Below are positions 38,051 to 46,175 of a DNA stretch of 46,175 bases, one piece after another (the first letter of the stretch is position 1; every line of letters starts with the position of its first letter). The stretch comes from Candidatus Iainarchaeum sp. (GTDB lineage: Archaea; Iainarchaeota; Iainarchaeia; JAGGVJ01), in NCBI GenBank assembly GCA_021158055.1, contig JAGGVJ010000018.1, positions 1 to 46,175 of the forward strand, given 5' to 3'. The notes beneath the pieces were generated by a model, which saw only the letters and a program-made list of their open reading frames with translations, was not told the origin of the DNA and ran no database searches. Position numbers and translations under genes: made by a program.

Positions 38051-38839
38051 TCAATTTTCCATGCTCCCGTTTTCCTTTGCTTCAATTATTGGAGCCTGAA
38101 GCTCTTTTCTTACAAGGTTCCTTACCATTTTTGTCTTGTTTGGTTTTTTACTCCAAACACCGTTAAACCGGCCGTTTGATTTTGTTTCCGCAAAAAGAAG
38201 CTCGTTCCAAAAAGGTACTATGAACAAAAAATCTTTTACCTTGTCGCTTTCAGACACCCAGACCTCAATATTTACATGGGTTTTTTCTGCAGCCCCCTCT
38301 TTAAACCCTTCAGCGGCCACATGCACATTTACCTTAACACCTGATTCCGCCAAAGAAGTGTAATACTTTATGTCTTTCATGAAATTTGAGTACTTTTGAA
38401 GACCAACCTGCAGCACAAGTTCCTCGCCTGCATGCTCTCTTGCGTGGTTTAAAAGCTGGGCTTTTATCTCTTCAAACCTTGAATTGAAAAATTCAGGGCT
38501 TGCATTCTCAAAAGCAAGGTCGTCGGATGCAAAGTTCACAAGCGACAATACCTTGAACCTGAAACTCCCGTCAATTTCATCAACACCTATTTCGGCAACC
38601 GCTGTCTTTGTGCTAACAACTTTTACAACGGGAAGATTTCTCAAACCAGCCTCGCCCAAAGTTTGAATCAAGTCAGCGGATATGTGACTGAACGCAACTT
38701 CAAACATTAAAATTCCTTCGTTACCGATCACTGTCTTGATTTTTTCAGCAAGTTCAAGACCCCTTGACTCATCAAGATCTTCAACAATTATTTTGTTTTC
38801 CTGCCTGCCAATCAAATCATTTATAATCAACTTTACCAT
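38051..38839 (-). CDS. Protein with a C-terminal DICT-like sensory domain
   Basis: VGLQKYSNF....YTSLAESGVKVNVH and LLFAE....FNGVWS resemble DICT motifs (GFQxLS, LVARE, FxGxW). Confidence 0.55.
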   Translation of the reverse strand: MVKLIINDLIGRQENKIIVEDLDESRGLELAEKIKTVIGNEGILMFEVAFSHISADLIQTLGEAGLRNLPVVKVVSTKTAVAEIGVDEIDGSFRFKVLSLVNFASDDLAFENASPEFFNSRFEEIKAQLLNHAREHAGEELVLQVGLQKYSNFMKDIKYYTSLAESGVKVNVHVAAEGFKEGAAEKTHVNIEVWVSESDKVKDFLFIVPFWNELLFAETKSNGRFNGVWSKKPNKTKMVRNLVRKELQAPIIEAKENGSMEN

Positions 38840-38840
38840 G

Positions 38841-38947
38841 AAATCACCATTAAACGGCTACAAACCGCCATTGAATAACTACAAACCGCCATTGAATAAC
38901 TACAAACCGCCATTGAATAACTACAAACCGCCATTGAATAACTACAA
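38841..38947. repeat. 4 exact 21-bp units (CTACAAACCGCCATTGAATAA) plus a degenerate SD-bearing copy
   Basis: Copies at 38858, 38879, 38900 and 38921; no spacers. Confidence 0.95.
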
Positions 38948-39143
38948 TATACCCAAAAAACCGCAATATGCCCAAAAACACCTGGAATTTCAAACATTAA
39001 AAACAAAAAATTACCCGCCGCCGGCACGTGCAAAAACCAAGTGCTACCCAATGCAAAATAAATTCATAACACAATTATGTAATATATTATGAACAAACTC
39101 ATTTATTTACATATTTATTTAAAAACAGGTTTGTATTCATATA

Positions 39144-39392
39144 TCATTTAACTTCAGATTGCTTCTCAAGAGACGAAAGAAAATCGTCATCGCATTCCTT
39201 TTTTGCGGTCAGCAACAGTATCTTTGACTGCAACTCTGAAAGGTCGTCTGAAAAACCCGTTTTTTTGGCGTTTTTCATTTTTGCCCTTTTCCCGCATCGC
39301 CTGCACGACACGGTTTTCGACTTGCTTTCGCAGACAAAAAATGAACAACACTTATCGCAATAAATCAACACATATCTCTCCACAAACACCAC
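39144..39392 (-). CDS. Small Zn-ribbon protein (DUF1922-like)
   Basis: CDKC...CRRC pairs, basic composition. Confidence 0.6.
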   Translation of the reverse strand: MVFVERYVLIYCDKCCSFFVCESKSKTVSCRRCGKRAKMKNAKKTGFSDDLSELQSKILLLTAKKECDDDFLSSLEKQSEVK

Positions 39393-39538
39393 CGCACAAA
39401 AACATTAACCAATTACCCACACTCAAAAACCCGACTCACTGCTAAATGATATAAGTTAATATTTAGCCATTCCATAAAATAGTATGGTCAAAAAACTTGC
39501 TTCCGGGCTGGGTTGCAGTTCACGCTGAGGTGACTTAA

Positions 39539-39598
39539 ATGAAAATTGCTGTTCTTGGTCCAAAAGGAACATTCACCGAAATATCCGCACTCAAGTAA
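39539..39598 (+). pseudogene. pheA: Prephenate dehydratase N-terminal relic (19 aa)
   Basis: GAGGTGA SD + MKIAVLGPKGTFTEISALK*, matching the LGPxGTF(S/T)E start of PheA. Confidence 0.65.
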
Positions 39599-39622
39599 CA
39601 CACAATTGTTAAAGGTAAAAAA

Positions 39623-40138
39623 ATGAAACTCTCAACAGTTATCCGGTTGATTGCGTTTCCGGGGGTGGCTGTTCACGAAACAGCTCACTTTCTTGCATGC
39701 TCTGTCACAGGGACAAAAGTCACAAAAACACGTCTGCTGATGTCCCGCGGGAACGGATTCATTGAACACGAACGGCCTTCAAACATAGTTTTTGCAGCAC
39801 TAATCACTGGGTTTCCCCTTGCACTCAACACTTTAATCGGGTTCATGTTATTCGGTGTCTTTTTCACAAACACTGACTTAGTTGTTGCCGCGACATCTCT
39901 CTGGCTCGGGATATCATGCGCAATACACGCTTTTCCAAGCAGCTGCGATGCACTAAACCTTTGGAACCGGTGCGTTGAAGACCTGAAACAAGGCAAAATT
40001 TTATCCGCGCTCTTCTTCCCTGCAGCAATACTTCTTATGGTGACAGACAAACTCCGGTTGCTGTGGTTTGACCTGATATTTGCCGCAATGCTGTTCTTTT
40101 TTTCATGGGCCGTGTTTTCCGGCGCGCTTTCGTTTTAA
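39623..40138 (+). CDS. Membrane zincin-like metallopeptidase (DUF3267/M50-like)
   Basis: PGVAVHETAH (HExxH), TM helices, HAFPS..D motif. Confidence 0.75.
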   Translation: MKLSTVIRLIAFPGVAVHETAHFLACSVTGTKVTKTRLLMSRGNGFIEHERPSNIVFAALITGFPLALNTLIGFMLFGVFFTNTDLVVAATSLWLGISCAIHAFPSSCDALNLWNRCVEDLKQGKILSALFFPAAILLMVTDKLRLLWFDLIFAAMLFFFSWAVFSGALSF

Positions 40139-40156
40139 CTGACTGTGAAAAATCAG

Positions 40157-40693
40157 TTACTGCTGCTTTTGCTTGCTGCTGTAATTGTTTTGGGAATCCT
40201 TGTTTTCTCTATTCATTACACACAAAACAAGTTTTTCAAGAAGGTCAGGCAGGCTGTTTTTTAACTCTGCGGAAAGCGACTCTCCAAACTCCAGTTTTTT
40301 CGGCCTCACGCAAAACAAGTCAACTTTCCTGCAAAGACGCGAATTTTCCTGTTTTTCAATCATCCTTGCAAGGTCAAGGGCTGAAAAATTATGCGTGCCC
40401 CTCAAAAAAAAACTGTCTTCAATCTCCTGCGAGTTGAAAACAGCGCATTGTCCCGGCAAATTGTCAATCATGGCAGCGTCCACTATGACCACGCGGTCAA
40501 AACCCCTGCATTTTGAAGCCGCAAAAGGATCAATTGATTCAACAACAAGGGCACTTACCTCGCAACCCTTCAAAAAAAGGTTTTGGCTGTTGCGTTTTTG
40601 CCTGATAAAATCCTCAAAAAGATTAACAAGCTTCGGACCAACGCCGTCATCTGAAAAAAAAGAGTTTCCAACCCCGATAACCATTGTTTTCAT
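40157..40693 (-). CDS. Hydrogenase maturation protease (HycI/HybD family)
   Basis: IGVGN...SDDGVG, VIVDAA, GTH motif. Confidence 0.85.
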   Translation of the reverse strand: MKTMVIGVGNSFFSDDGVGPKLVNLFEDFIRQKRNSQNLFLKGCEVSALVVESIDPFAASKCRGFDRVVIVDAAMIDNLPGQCAVFNSQEIEDSFFLRGTHNFSALDLARMIEKQENSRLCRKVDLFCVRPKKLEFGESLSAELKNSLPDLLEKLVLCVMNRENKDSQNNYSSKQKQQ

Positions 40694-40712
40694 AACTGAA
40701 GACCTGCATGCA

Positions 40713-41339
40713 TTAATTTTTTCTTTTATTCATTGCCTTTTCTATCTCCGACCCAAACCTCTTGAGCTGCGCACGGTTCAATCTGATCCTTGAGTTTGCC
40801 TCGTTTAAAACAAACAACAAATATTTTTCGTCGGCAAGAAAAACACCCTTGTCCTTTATCGGAAATTCAAGCTTGTTGGAGCCCATTATCTCAACAACGT
40901 TTTTCCCTTCAGACATTGAAAAAATACCCCCTCGCCTAACGCCTGCATTTTCTTTTGCTTTAAGAATCATTTTGCAGTCCTCAATTGTTTTGCAGACAAT
41001 GTGGATTATAAACGGTTCTGTCTTGAAAAAGACTGTGTTTTCTGAAGGTTTTTTTAAAGCAGAAAACAATTCATCCCCGGTTACTTCCCTGTGCCATTTG
41101 CCTGTCCAGCGCGACCTGTTTTTTTTGCCGTCGGTGTCAAGAAGAACTGTTCTTCCGGAACAGCTTGAACTGGTAAAAAAATTATCCTGCAAATTAATAA
41201 ACCTGCACAAAGGCACTATTTCAGGGTCAACCTGGCTCTCGCGAACAGACCTTTCAAACTGGCCGACGTGCCAGCTCTTGAGCTTTTCAAACCTGACGTC
41301 TTCAACACCGGTGCCCATGATAAAAATGCGGTTCTTCAC
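40713..41339 (-). CDS. taw3: tRNA wyosine-pathway methyltransferase Taw3
   Basis: VDPEI..L, FTSSSCSGR, KWH, EPFIIH. Confidence 0.88.
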   Translation of the reverse strand: MKNRIFIMGTGVEDVRFEKLKSWHVGQFERSVRESQVDPEIVPLCRFINLQDNFFTSSSCSGRTVLLDTDGKKNRSRWTGKWHREVTGDELFSALKKPSENTVFFKTEPFIIHIVCKTIEDCKMILKAKENAGVRRGGIFSMSEGKNVVEIMGSNKLEFPIKDKGVFLADEKYLLFVLNEANSRIRLNRAQLKRFGSEIEKAMNKRKN

Positions 41340-41499
41340 CTATTTAAAACTCAACAGTTATAAAACAAAAAACAAAGGATTACATGATTATATATCAAAT
41401 AATTATATATCAAACCACACTTACATATCATCAGGAAAAAATCAACAGCAAAAAACCGACAAAAAAACTAAAGGAAAAACCAACTGAAGGCGTAAAACT

Positions 41500-42054
41500 A
41501 TGGTGCTTGGAATTACCGGAATGCCGTGCGCGGGAAAAACAACATTGTGCGAAGTATTCAAATCAATGGGTTTTGAAGTCCACGAAATGAGCTTGGTTGT
41601 GAAAAAAGAGCTTAAAAAGCGAAAACTTGAAGAAAGCAACACAAACATGAGGGAAATCGCAACGCAACTGCGCAGGGAATTTGGCGAAGACGTTGTTGCA
41701 GCGCGTCTGGTCAAGGACATAAAAAAATCAAAAAACAAAAACATCATCATCAGCGGGGTGCGCTCATTTGACGAAGTCAAATGCTTTTTAAAAGAATTCA
41801 GTGATTTTAAATACGTTTCTGTTCTGGCCCCAGCCCGCACAAGATTCAAGCGCAGCCAGTCAAGAAAAAGAAGCGACGACCCAAAAGACTTCAAAGGGTT
41901 CATCTACCGCGAAGAAAAAGAACTTGGGTGGGGGCTTGCAAAAGCAATTGTTCTTGCAGACTACTTCATTGTGTCAGACAACCCCACAATCCAAGAATTT
42001 AAGGAAAAATGCCGCGTGTTTGCAGAAAAACTGCTTGCGAAAAAATCTGTGTGA
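41500..42054 (+). CDS. UPF0200 / dephospho-CoA-kinase-like P-loop NTPase
   Basis: GITGMPCAGKTT, LRREFG, SGVRS, RSDD, ELGWGL...ADY. Confidence 0.8.
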   Translation: MVLGITGMPCAGKTTLCEVFKSMGFEVHEMSLVVKKELKKRKLEESNTNMREIATQLRREFGEDVVAARLVKDIKKSKNKNIIISGVRSFDEVKCFLKEFSDFKYVSVLAPARTRFKRSQSRKRSDDPKDFKGFIYREEKELGWGLAKAIVLADYFIVSDNPTIQEFKEKCRVFAEKLLAKKSV

Positions 42055-42125
42055 AAAAACCCTTCAGCTTTAAACCGGCAAAAATCCGAAACTGTTATAT
42101 AATTTGAAAGCCCCAAATTAATAGC

Positions 42126-42938
42126 ATGCGTGGCTTGTTTTTTTCCGTCTGGTTCACTTGGGTGATTTTACTGCTTTCTTTCGGATACTCACAAGTCCTG
42201 ATTGAAAGCCCTATAAAAGCCACCCTTTCGCTTCAAGACCCCATCAACATAGGTAGTGTGATGCCCGGTCAGTCTTTTTATTTTGTGATGAGTTCTTACT
42301 GCGGTCCGGAATGCGATGAAGAATGGGACACTGCGACAATAGAACCGGAATCGCTTCCAAACGGATGGACTGTGGACGGCGGCGACTGGAACCTGCCCTC
42401 ATTCCAGGTAAGAATCAAAGTGCCTGAAAACGCGGAAAAAGGAAACCAGGTTCTGAAAGTCAAAATGTATGACCACGGGGAAACCATCCCTTCAGAATAC
42501 GGGCTGGTGTCAGTCAATGTATCAAACACTCTTCTGTCGCTTGAAGCAGAATCAAACCAGTCGATAACCGCGCTTGAAAACGAACACATAAAATTCTATG
42601 TCCAAAACAACAGCCTTGGAGAAGCAAGCCTAATCGTATCCTCTTCGCTTCCAAGCAAATGGTGGGGGAAACAAAAAATAAAAATCCTTCCAAAAACCAA
42701 AAAACAATTCATGCTGCCTGTAAGAGTCATGGAAAGCGGAAACTACGAAACAGAACTCATCTTAAGTTCTGAAAAAACAAACGCGATACAAAACATTGAA
42801 AAAATCAACATCGAAGCCATCCCAACCATAAAAAGCAAACTCGTTGCACCAAGCCACGGTTTTCCGGTTTACCCTGTTTCCCTGCAACCGATTTATTCAC
42901 TCATGGGCGCGATCAGCTTCCTGTTCGACGGGCAATAA
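42126..42938 (+). CDS. Exported/membrane protein with Ig-like domains
   Basis: Signal peptide, beta-rich body, hydrophobic C-terminus. Confidence 0.6.
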   Translation: MRGLFFSVWFTWVILLLSFGYSQVLIESPIKATLSLQDPINIGSVMPGQSFYFVMSSYCGPECDEEWDTATIEPESLPNGWTVDGGDWNLPSFQVRIKVPENAEKGNQVLKVKMYDHGETIPSEYGLVSVNVSNTLLSLEAESNQSITALENEHIKFYVQNNSLGEASLIVSSSLPSKWWGKQKIKILPKTKKQFMLPVRVMESGNYETELILSSEKTNAIQNIEKINIEAIPTIKSKLVAPSHGFPVYPVSLQPIYSLMGAISFLFDGQ

Positions 42939-43055
42939 ACACATTCAACGCACCCCTTTACAGCCGCTTTCTAATATCTAACCCTTTGGTTGCTTTGTAA
43001 AGCAAAACAACCAACAACCAGAAAACAAAAAACAAACAACAAAAAACGATGCCGT

Positions 43056-44654
43056 ATGACTCCATTGAAAAACTGCTGCAGGAAAATAATCGATTCGATA
43101 CTTGAAGGAAAAATAAAAAGCCGCTCAAAACTCAATTACTTCAAAAAGCTTTACTGCAAGGAATACAGAATCAGCCTTCCCACAAACCCAAAAATAATGT
43201 CTTTTGCAAGCAAGTCCGAAATTCAAAAAATAACCCCCATCCTGTTAAAAAAACCGGTCAGGACACTTTCGGGAGTGAGCCCCGTTGCGGTAATGACTTC
43301 GCCTGAAAAATGCCCCCACGGAAAGTGCATCATGTGCCCTGGAGACCTGAACCGCGCACCTCAAAGCTACACCGGCGACGAACCGGCGGCAATGAGGGGA
43401 ATACACCACAATTTCGACCCGTTCAGACAAACTGCAGCGCGGCTGAAACAACTTGAACTCTCAGGCCACTGCTGCGACAAGACAGAACTCATAATCATGG
43501 GCGGGACTTTCACCGCGAGAGAAAAACAATACCAGGAATGGTTTGTGAAAAGGTGCTTTGACGCATTAAACGAAAAAACCTCGGGAGACCTTGAAACAGC
43601 GAAAACACTAAACGAGACAGCAAAACACAGGTGCGTCGGCTTGACTGTTGAATCAAGGCCTGATTATCTGATGAAAAAACAAATAAACGAAATCCTGAAA
43701 CTCGGCGCAACCAGGGTTGAAATGGGCGTGCAGTCGCTTGACGACAAATCACTGGAGTTTATTGAACGGGGCCACGGAGTAAAAGAAGTGATCGACTCAA
43801 CTGCCCTGCTCAAGGACTCTGCCTTCAAGGTGACGTATCATATGATGCCGGGGCTGCCTCTTTCAAACCAAAAAAAAGACATTGCCGGCTTCAAAAAACT
43901 GTTTTCAGACCACCGGTTTCGCCCGGACGGACTAAAACTGTACCCGTGCATGGTGCTTGAAGGAACAAAACTTTTTGAGTTGTGGAAAAACAAAAAATAC
44001 AATCCTTATACAAGCGAAGAAGCCGCAACAACCATTGCCGAAATGAAAAAATTTGTTCCCGAATACTGCAGGATACACAGGGTGCAGCGCGACATTCCGG
44101 TAGGCAGGATAGCTGCGGGAGTGGATAAGTCAAACCTGAGACAGCTCGCTCAAAAAGAACTTGACAAACACGGGAGGAAATGCAGGTGCATAAGATGCAG
44201 GGAAGCAGGCCTTGGCGCTTACAGGGGAAAAATCAAGGTTGATCCAAAAACAGCTGAATTAAGACGCCTGGATTACAAAGCAAGCAACGGAAAAGAAGTT
44301 TTTTTGAGTTTTGTGGAACCTGAAAACGACCTTTTGTTTGCTTTCCTCAGGCTCAGAAACCCTTCTCACCCTTTCAGGGAAGAACTCATAGACAGTGCTC
44401 TGGTGCGCGAACTCCACGTTTACTCAAGAGAACTGCCGATAGGTGGAAAAAGCACTGAATCACATCAGCACAAGGGGTTTGGAAAAGCCCTTCTTGCAGA
44501 AGCAGAAAAAATAGCTTTTGAAGAATTCGGCTTCAACAACCTGAGCATCATAAGCGGAGTCGGCGCAAGGGAGTATTACCGGAAGGCGGGTTACTCAAAA
44601 AACGGGGCGTTTATGAAAAAAGTTTTAAATAAAGCAACTTCGTCCACAAAATAA
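43056..44654 (+). CDS. elp3: Elp3 radical-SAM/KAT tRNA U34 acetyltransferase
   Basis: RTLSGVSPVAVM, CPHGKCIMCPG, QSYTG.EP, MGGTF, RVQRDIP, RELHVY, QHKGFG, ISGVGAREYY. Confidence 0.95.
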   Translation: MTPLKNCCRKIIDSILEGKIKSRSKLNYFKKLYCKEYRISLPTNPKIMSFASKSEIQKITPILLKKPVRTLSGVSPVAVMTSPEKCPHGKCIMCPGDLNRAPQSYTGDEPAAMRGIHHNFDPFRQTAARLKQLELSGHCCDKTELIIMGGTFTAREKQYQEWFVKRCFDALNEKTSGDLETAKTLNETAKHRCVGLTVESRPDYLMKKQINEILKLGATRVEMGVQSLDDKSLEFIERGHGVKEVIDSTALLKDSAFKVTYHMMPGLPLSNQKKDIAGFKKLFSDHRFRPDGLKLYPCMVLEGTKLFELWKNKKYNPYTSEEAATTIAEMKKFVPEYCRIHRVQRDIPVGRIAAGVDKSNLRQLAQKELDKHGRKCRCIRCREAGLGAYRGKIKVDPKTAELRRLDYKASNGKEVFLSFVEPENDLLFAFLRLRNPSHPFREELIDSALVRELHVYSRELPIGGKSTESHQHKGFGKALLAEAEKIAFEEFGFNNLSIISGVGAREYYRKAGYSKNGAFMKKVLNKATSSTK

Positions 44655-44727
44655 AAGAATAAAAAACTGTTTTGTTTTCTTCATCTATAAAGGCGATTGA
44701 CTATGGTGTTTTACACAAACTCATGCA

Positions 44728-46173
44728 CTACACAAGTTCTGTGCCATAACCCCAACTGCACTTATTAAAAGCAGGAATGCAAGCTTTTATGTTGTAAATT
44801 CCAGGGGGGACCTCAATTAAAATCTGTCCGCTGCTGCCAGTGAATGGGCCGAATTCTTCTGAATCACTTGCTCTCACGGCCAGCGCAGTAACCTCGCCAG
44901 AATAAGGATTAGAACAATTGGTCACCGTGACCTTAAACTGAGTGTAATAACTCGCATCCCACAAACCCAAAGACGGGGAACTACCGGCAATAAATTTCGC
45001 CCTCAGCTTAATTGAAGTGGCTCCAAGACCTGAAATGTTCTGCCCGCTTTTGATGTTTGAAACAAGAACTGAACTGTCTGTCGCATCCAAAACATCAACA
45101 ATCAGAATCGAATCACCGGGCGTGGTCGCGGAATAAGTTACGAGACCCCACCTGCTGAAATTTACCTGTTCAAGAGCAATTGTTGTGTACGTTCCAGTCG
45201 TCTCCCCGGCAGAAAGCACCACACTACCGGCAGAAAACTTTGTATTGTCATAAACCCCGCTCAAAAGTCCGGGATCAACCACTGCAAGAAACGGGTCATT
45301 AACAAACACTTCTTTAGTAAATTCATAACCCCAGTTTCCTTCCTCATCCTTTGCCTTTACATTAACCTGCCACAAACCCGGCGCTCCTTCAGCAGCGAAA
45401 GAATAAACATTTGAGGCCTGTGCAGGTGGATTAAAAACCACACTTCCAACACCATCCAGAACCCAAAAATCATACTCAGCAACAAAGTCACCCTGCGGAT
45501 CAACCGCGGTTGCAGTTGCAACCACATTATTCCCCAAATCAAAAGAAGGCAAATTAAAAGAAAGATCTTCAACAACCGGGCCAAGAGCAAGAACAACCTC
45601 ATAATAAACCGAACCATCCTCACCATAATTATTGTTATAACCCCAACTGCCACTTGCAGTCACACGCTCCTCAGCAAAATCTTTCATTACATAATACACG
45701 GCAACCCTGCCACCACCACCGCCACCGCCATCATAATAACCATTACCACCCGAGCCACCATTCGCCTCAATAACACCAGCCCCGCTCAAAACACCAGCCA
45801 CAACATAAACAGAACCACCAGAACCCCCACCACCACAATAATTACCCGAACAACCACCACCAGCACCATCCGCAGAAACAACACCATCAACAACCAACGA
45901 ACCACTCACCACCAAATAAACAGAACCACCACCAGCACCACCCTGCATACCACCAACATTCGTCGCATCACCACCACCAGAACCCAACTCAACCGGCTGC
46001 GTCAACGAAGAACCATAAGCCACACCACCAACACCATTATAACCATCACCACCAGCACCACCAAAACCAGCACCACCACCACCAAGCGAACTAGTAACAC
46101 CCTTACCAGCACCACTCGAACCAGAATACCCCTTACCATTCACACTAATCCTACCACCAGACTCAACAGTCAA
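44728..46173 (-). CDS. Surface protein, 5'-truncated: Gly-rich repeat domain followed by the C-terminal module shared with 2-1162
   Basis: GGGGAGFGG/GSGGG/GGGSGGSV/GGGGGGRV repeats; last ~285 aa paralogous to the left-end ORF. Confidence 0.75.
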   Translation of the reverse strand: MTVESGGRISVNGKGYSGSSGAGKGVTSSLGGGGAGFGGAGGDGYNGVGGVAYGSSLTQPVELGSGGGDATNVGGMQGGAGGGSVYLVVSGSLVVDGVVSADGAGGGCSGNYCGGGGSGGSVYVVAGVLSGAGVIEANGGSGGNGYYDGGGGGGGRVAVYYVMKDFAEERVTASGSWGYNNNYGEDGSVYYEVVLALGPVVEDLSFNLPSFDLGNNVVATATAVDPQGDFVAEYDFWVLDGVGSVVFNPPAQASNVYSFAAEGAPGLWQVNVKAKDEEGNWGYEFTKEVFVNDPFLAVVDPGLLSGVYDNTKFSAGSVVLSAGETTGTYTTIALEQVNFSRWGLVTYSATTPGDSILIVDVLDATDSSVLVSNIKSGQNISGLGATSIKLRAKFIAGSSPSLGLWDASYYTQFKVTVTNCSNPYSGEVTALAVRASDSEEFGPFTGSSGQILIEVPPGIYNIKACIPAFNKCSWGYGTELV

Positions 46174-46175
46174 AT

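Noticed and set aside
38841-38947. CRISPR array (also considered for 30193-30297 and 16587-16662)
   Set aside because: Units are head-to-tail with no unique spacers, and there are no cas genes in the window.
38736-39092. 118-aa + strand ORF with YKPPLNN repeats
   Set aside because: Product of the 21-bp VNTR plus the antisense of the DICT-like gene; no start signals.
1-46175. Whole window as a site-specific invertible segment, or a DGR acting on the two end genes
   Set aside because: No recombinase, reverse transcriptase, identical inverted repeats or adenine-specific template/variable pair was seen; the paralogues are diverged throughout.

Overview
46 kb of archaeal chromosome, most likely a DPANN lineage. 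The Micrarchaeota/Iainarchaeota-like assignment is inferred from GGTGA Shine-Dalgarno (SD) sites, TATA-type promoters, an intron-containing tRNA, archaeal S17e/aEF-1beta/CCA/Taw3/Elp3 genes and giant surface proteins. Left to right: a 5'-truncated surface protein, an AK6-type kinase, 1428-aa and 2091-aa membrane/surface proteins, five class-III-signal (type IV pilin-like) genes, an IS200/IS605-like end relic and AMMECR1. Next is a repair region: nurA, a small ORF, herA, a catalytically degenerate family-B polymerase, rps17e and rad50, with no mre11 in the window. A histidine-themed cluster follows (hisD, CYTH, AbrB-ACT, hisS, intron-containing tRNA-His), then aEF-1beta and a Zn finger. The right part holds a Cys-rich surface protein, cca, a pseudo-transglutaminase, thpR, dcd, a DICT-like protein, a pheA relic, a zincin, a hydrogenase-maturation protease, taw3, an NTPase, elp3 and a second 5'-truncated surface protein. 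Most notable: (i) both ends carry paralogous surface proteins with unrelated upstream domains and a shared ~285-aa C-terminal module; (ii) a dead PolB with a GINS-B-like insert sits beside NurA/HerA/Rad50; (iii) an orphan hisD lies next to hisS and tRNA-His; (iv) translation-initiation regions are repeatedly tandem-duplicated, and several starts appear non-canonical. All calls are by eye from motifs; no database searches were run.
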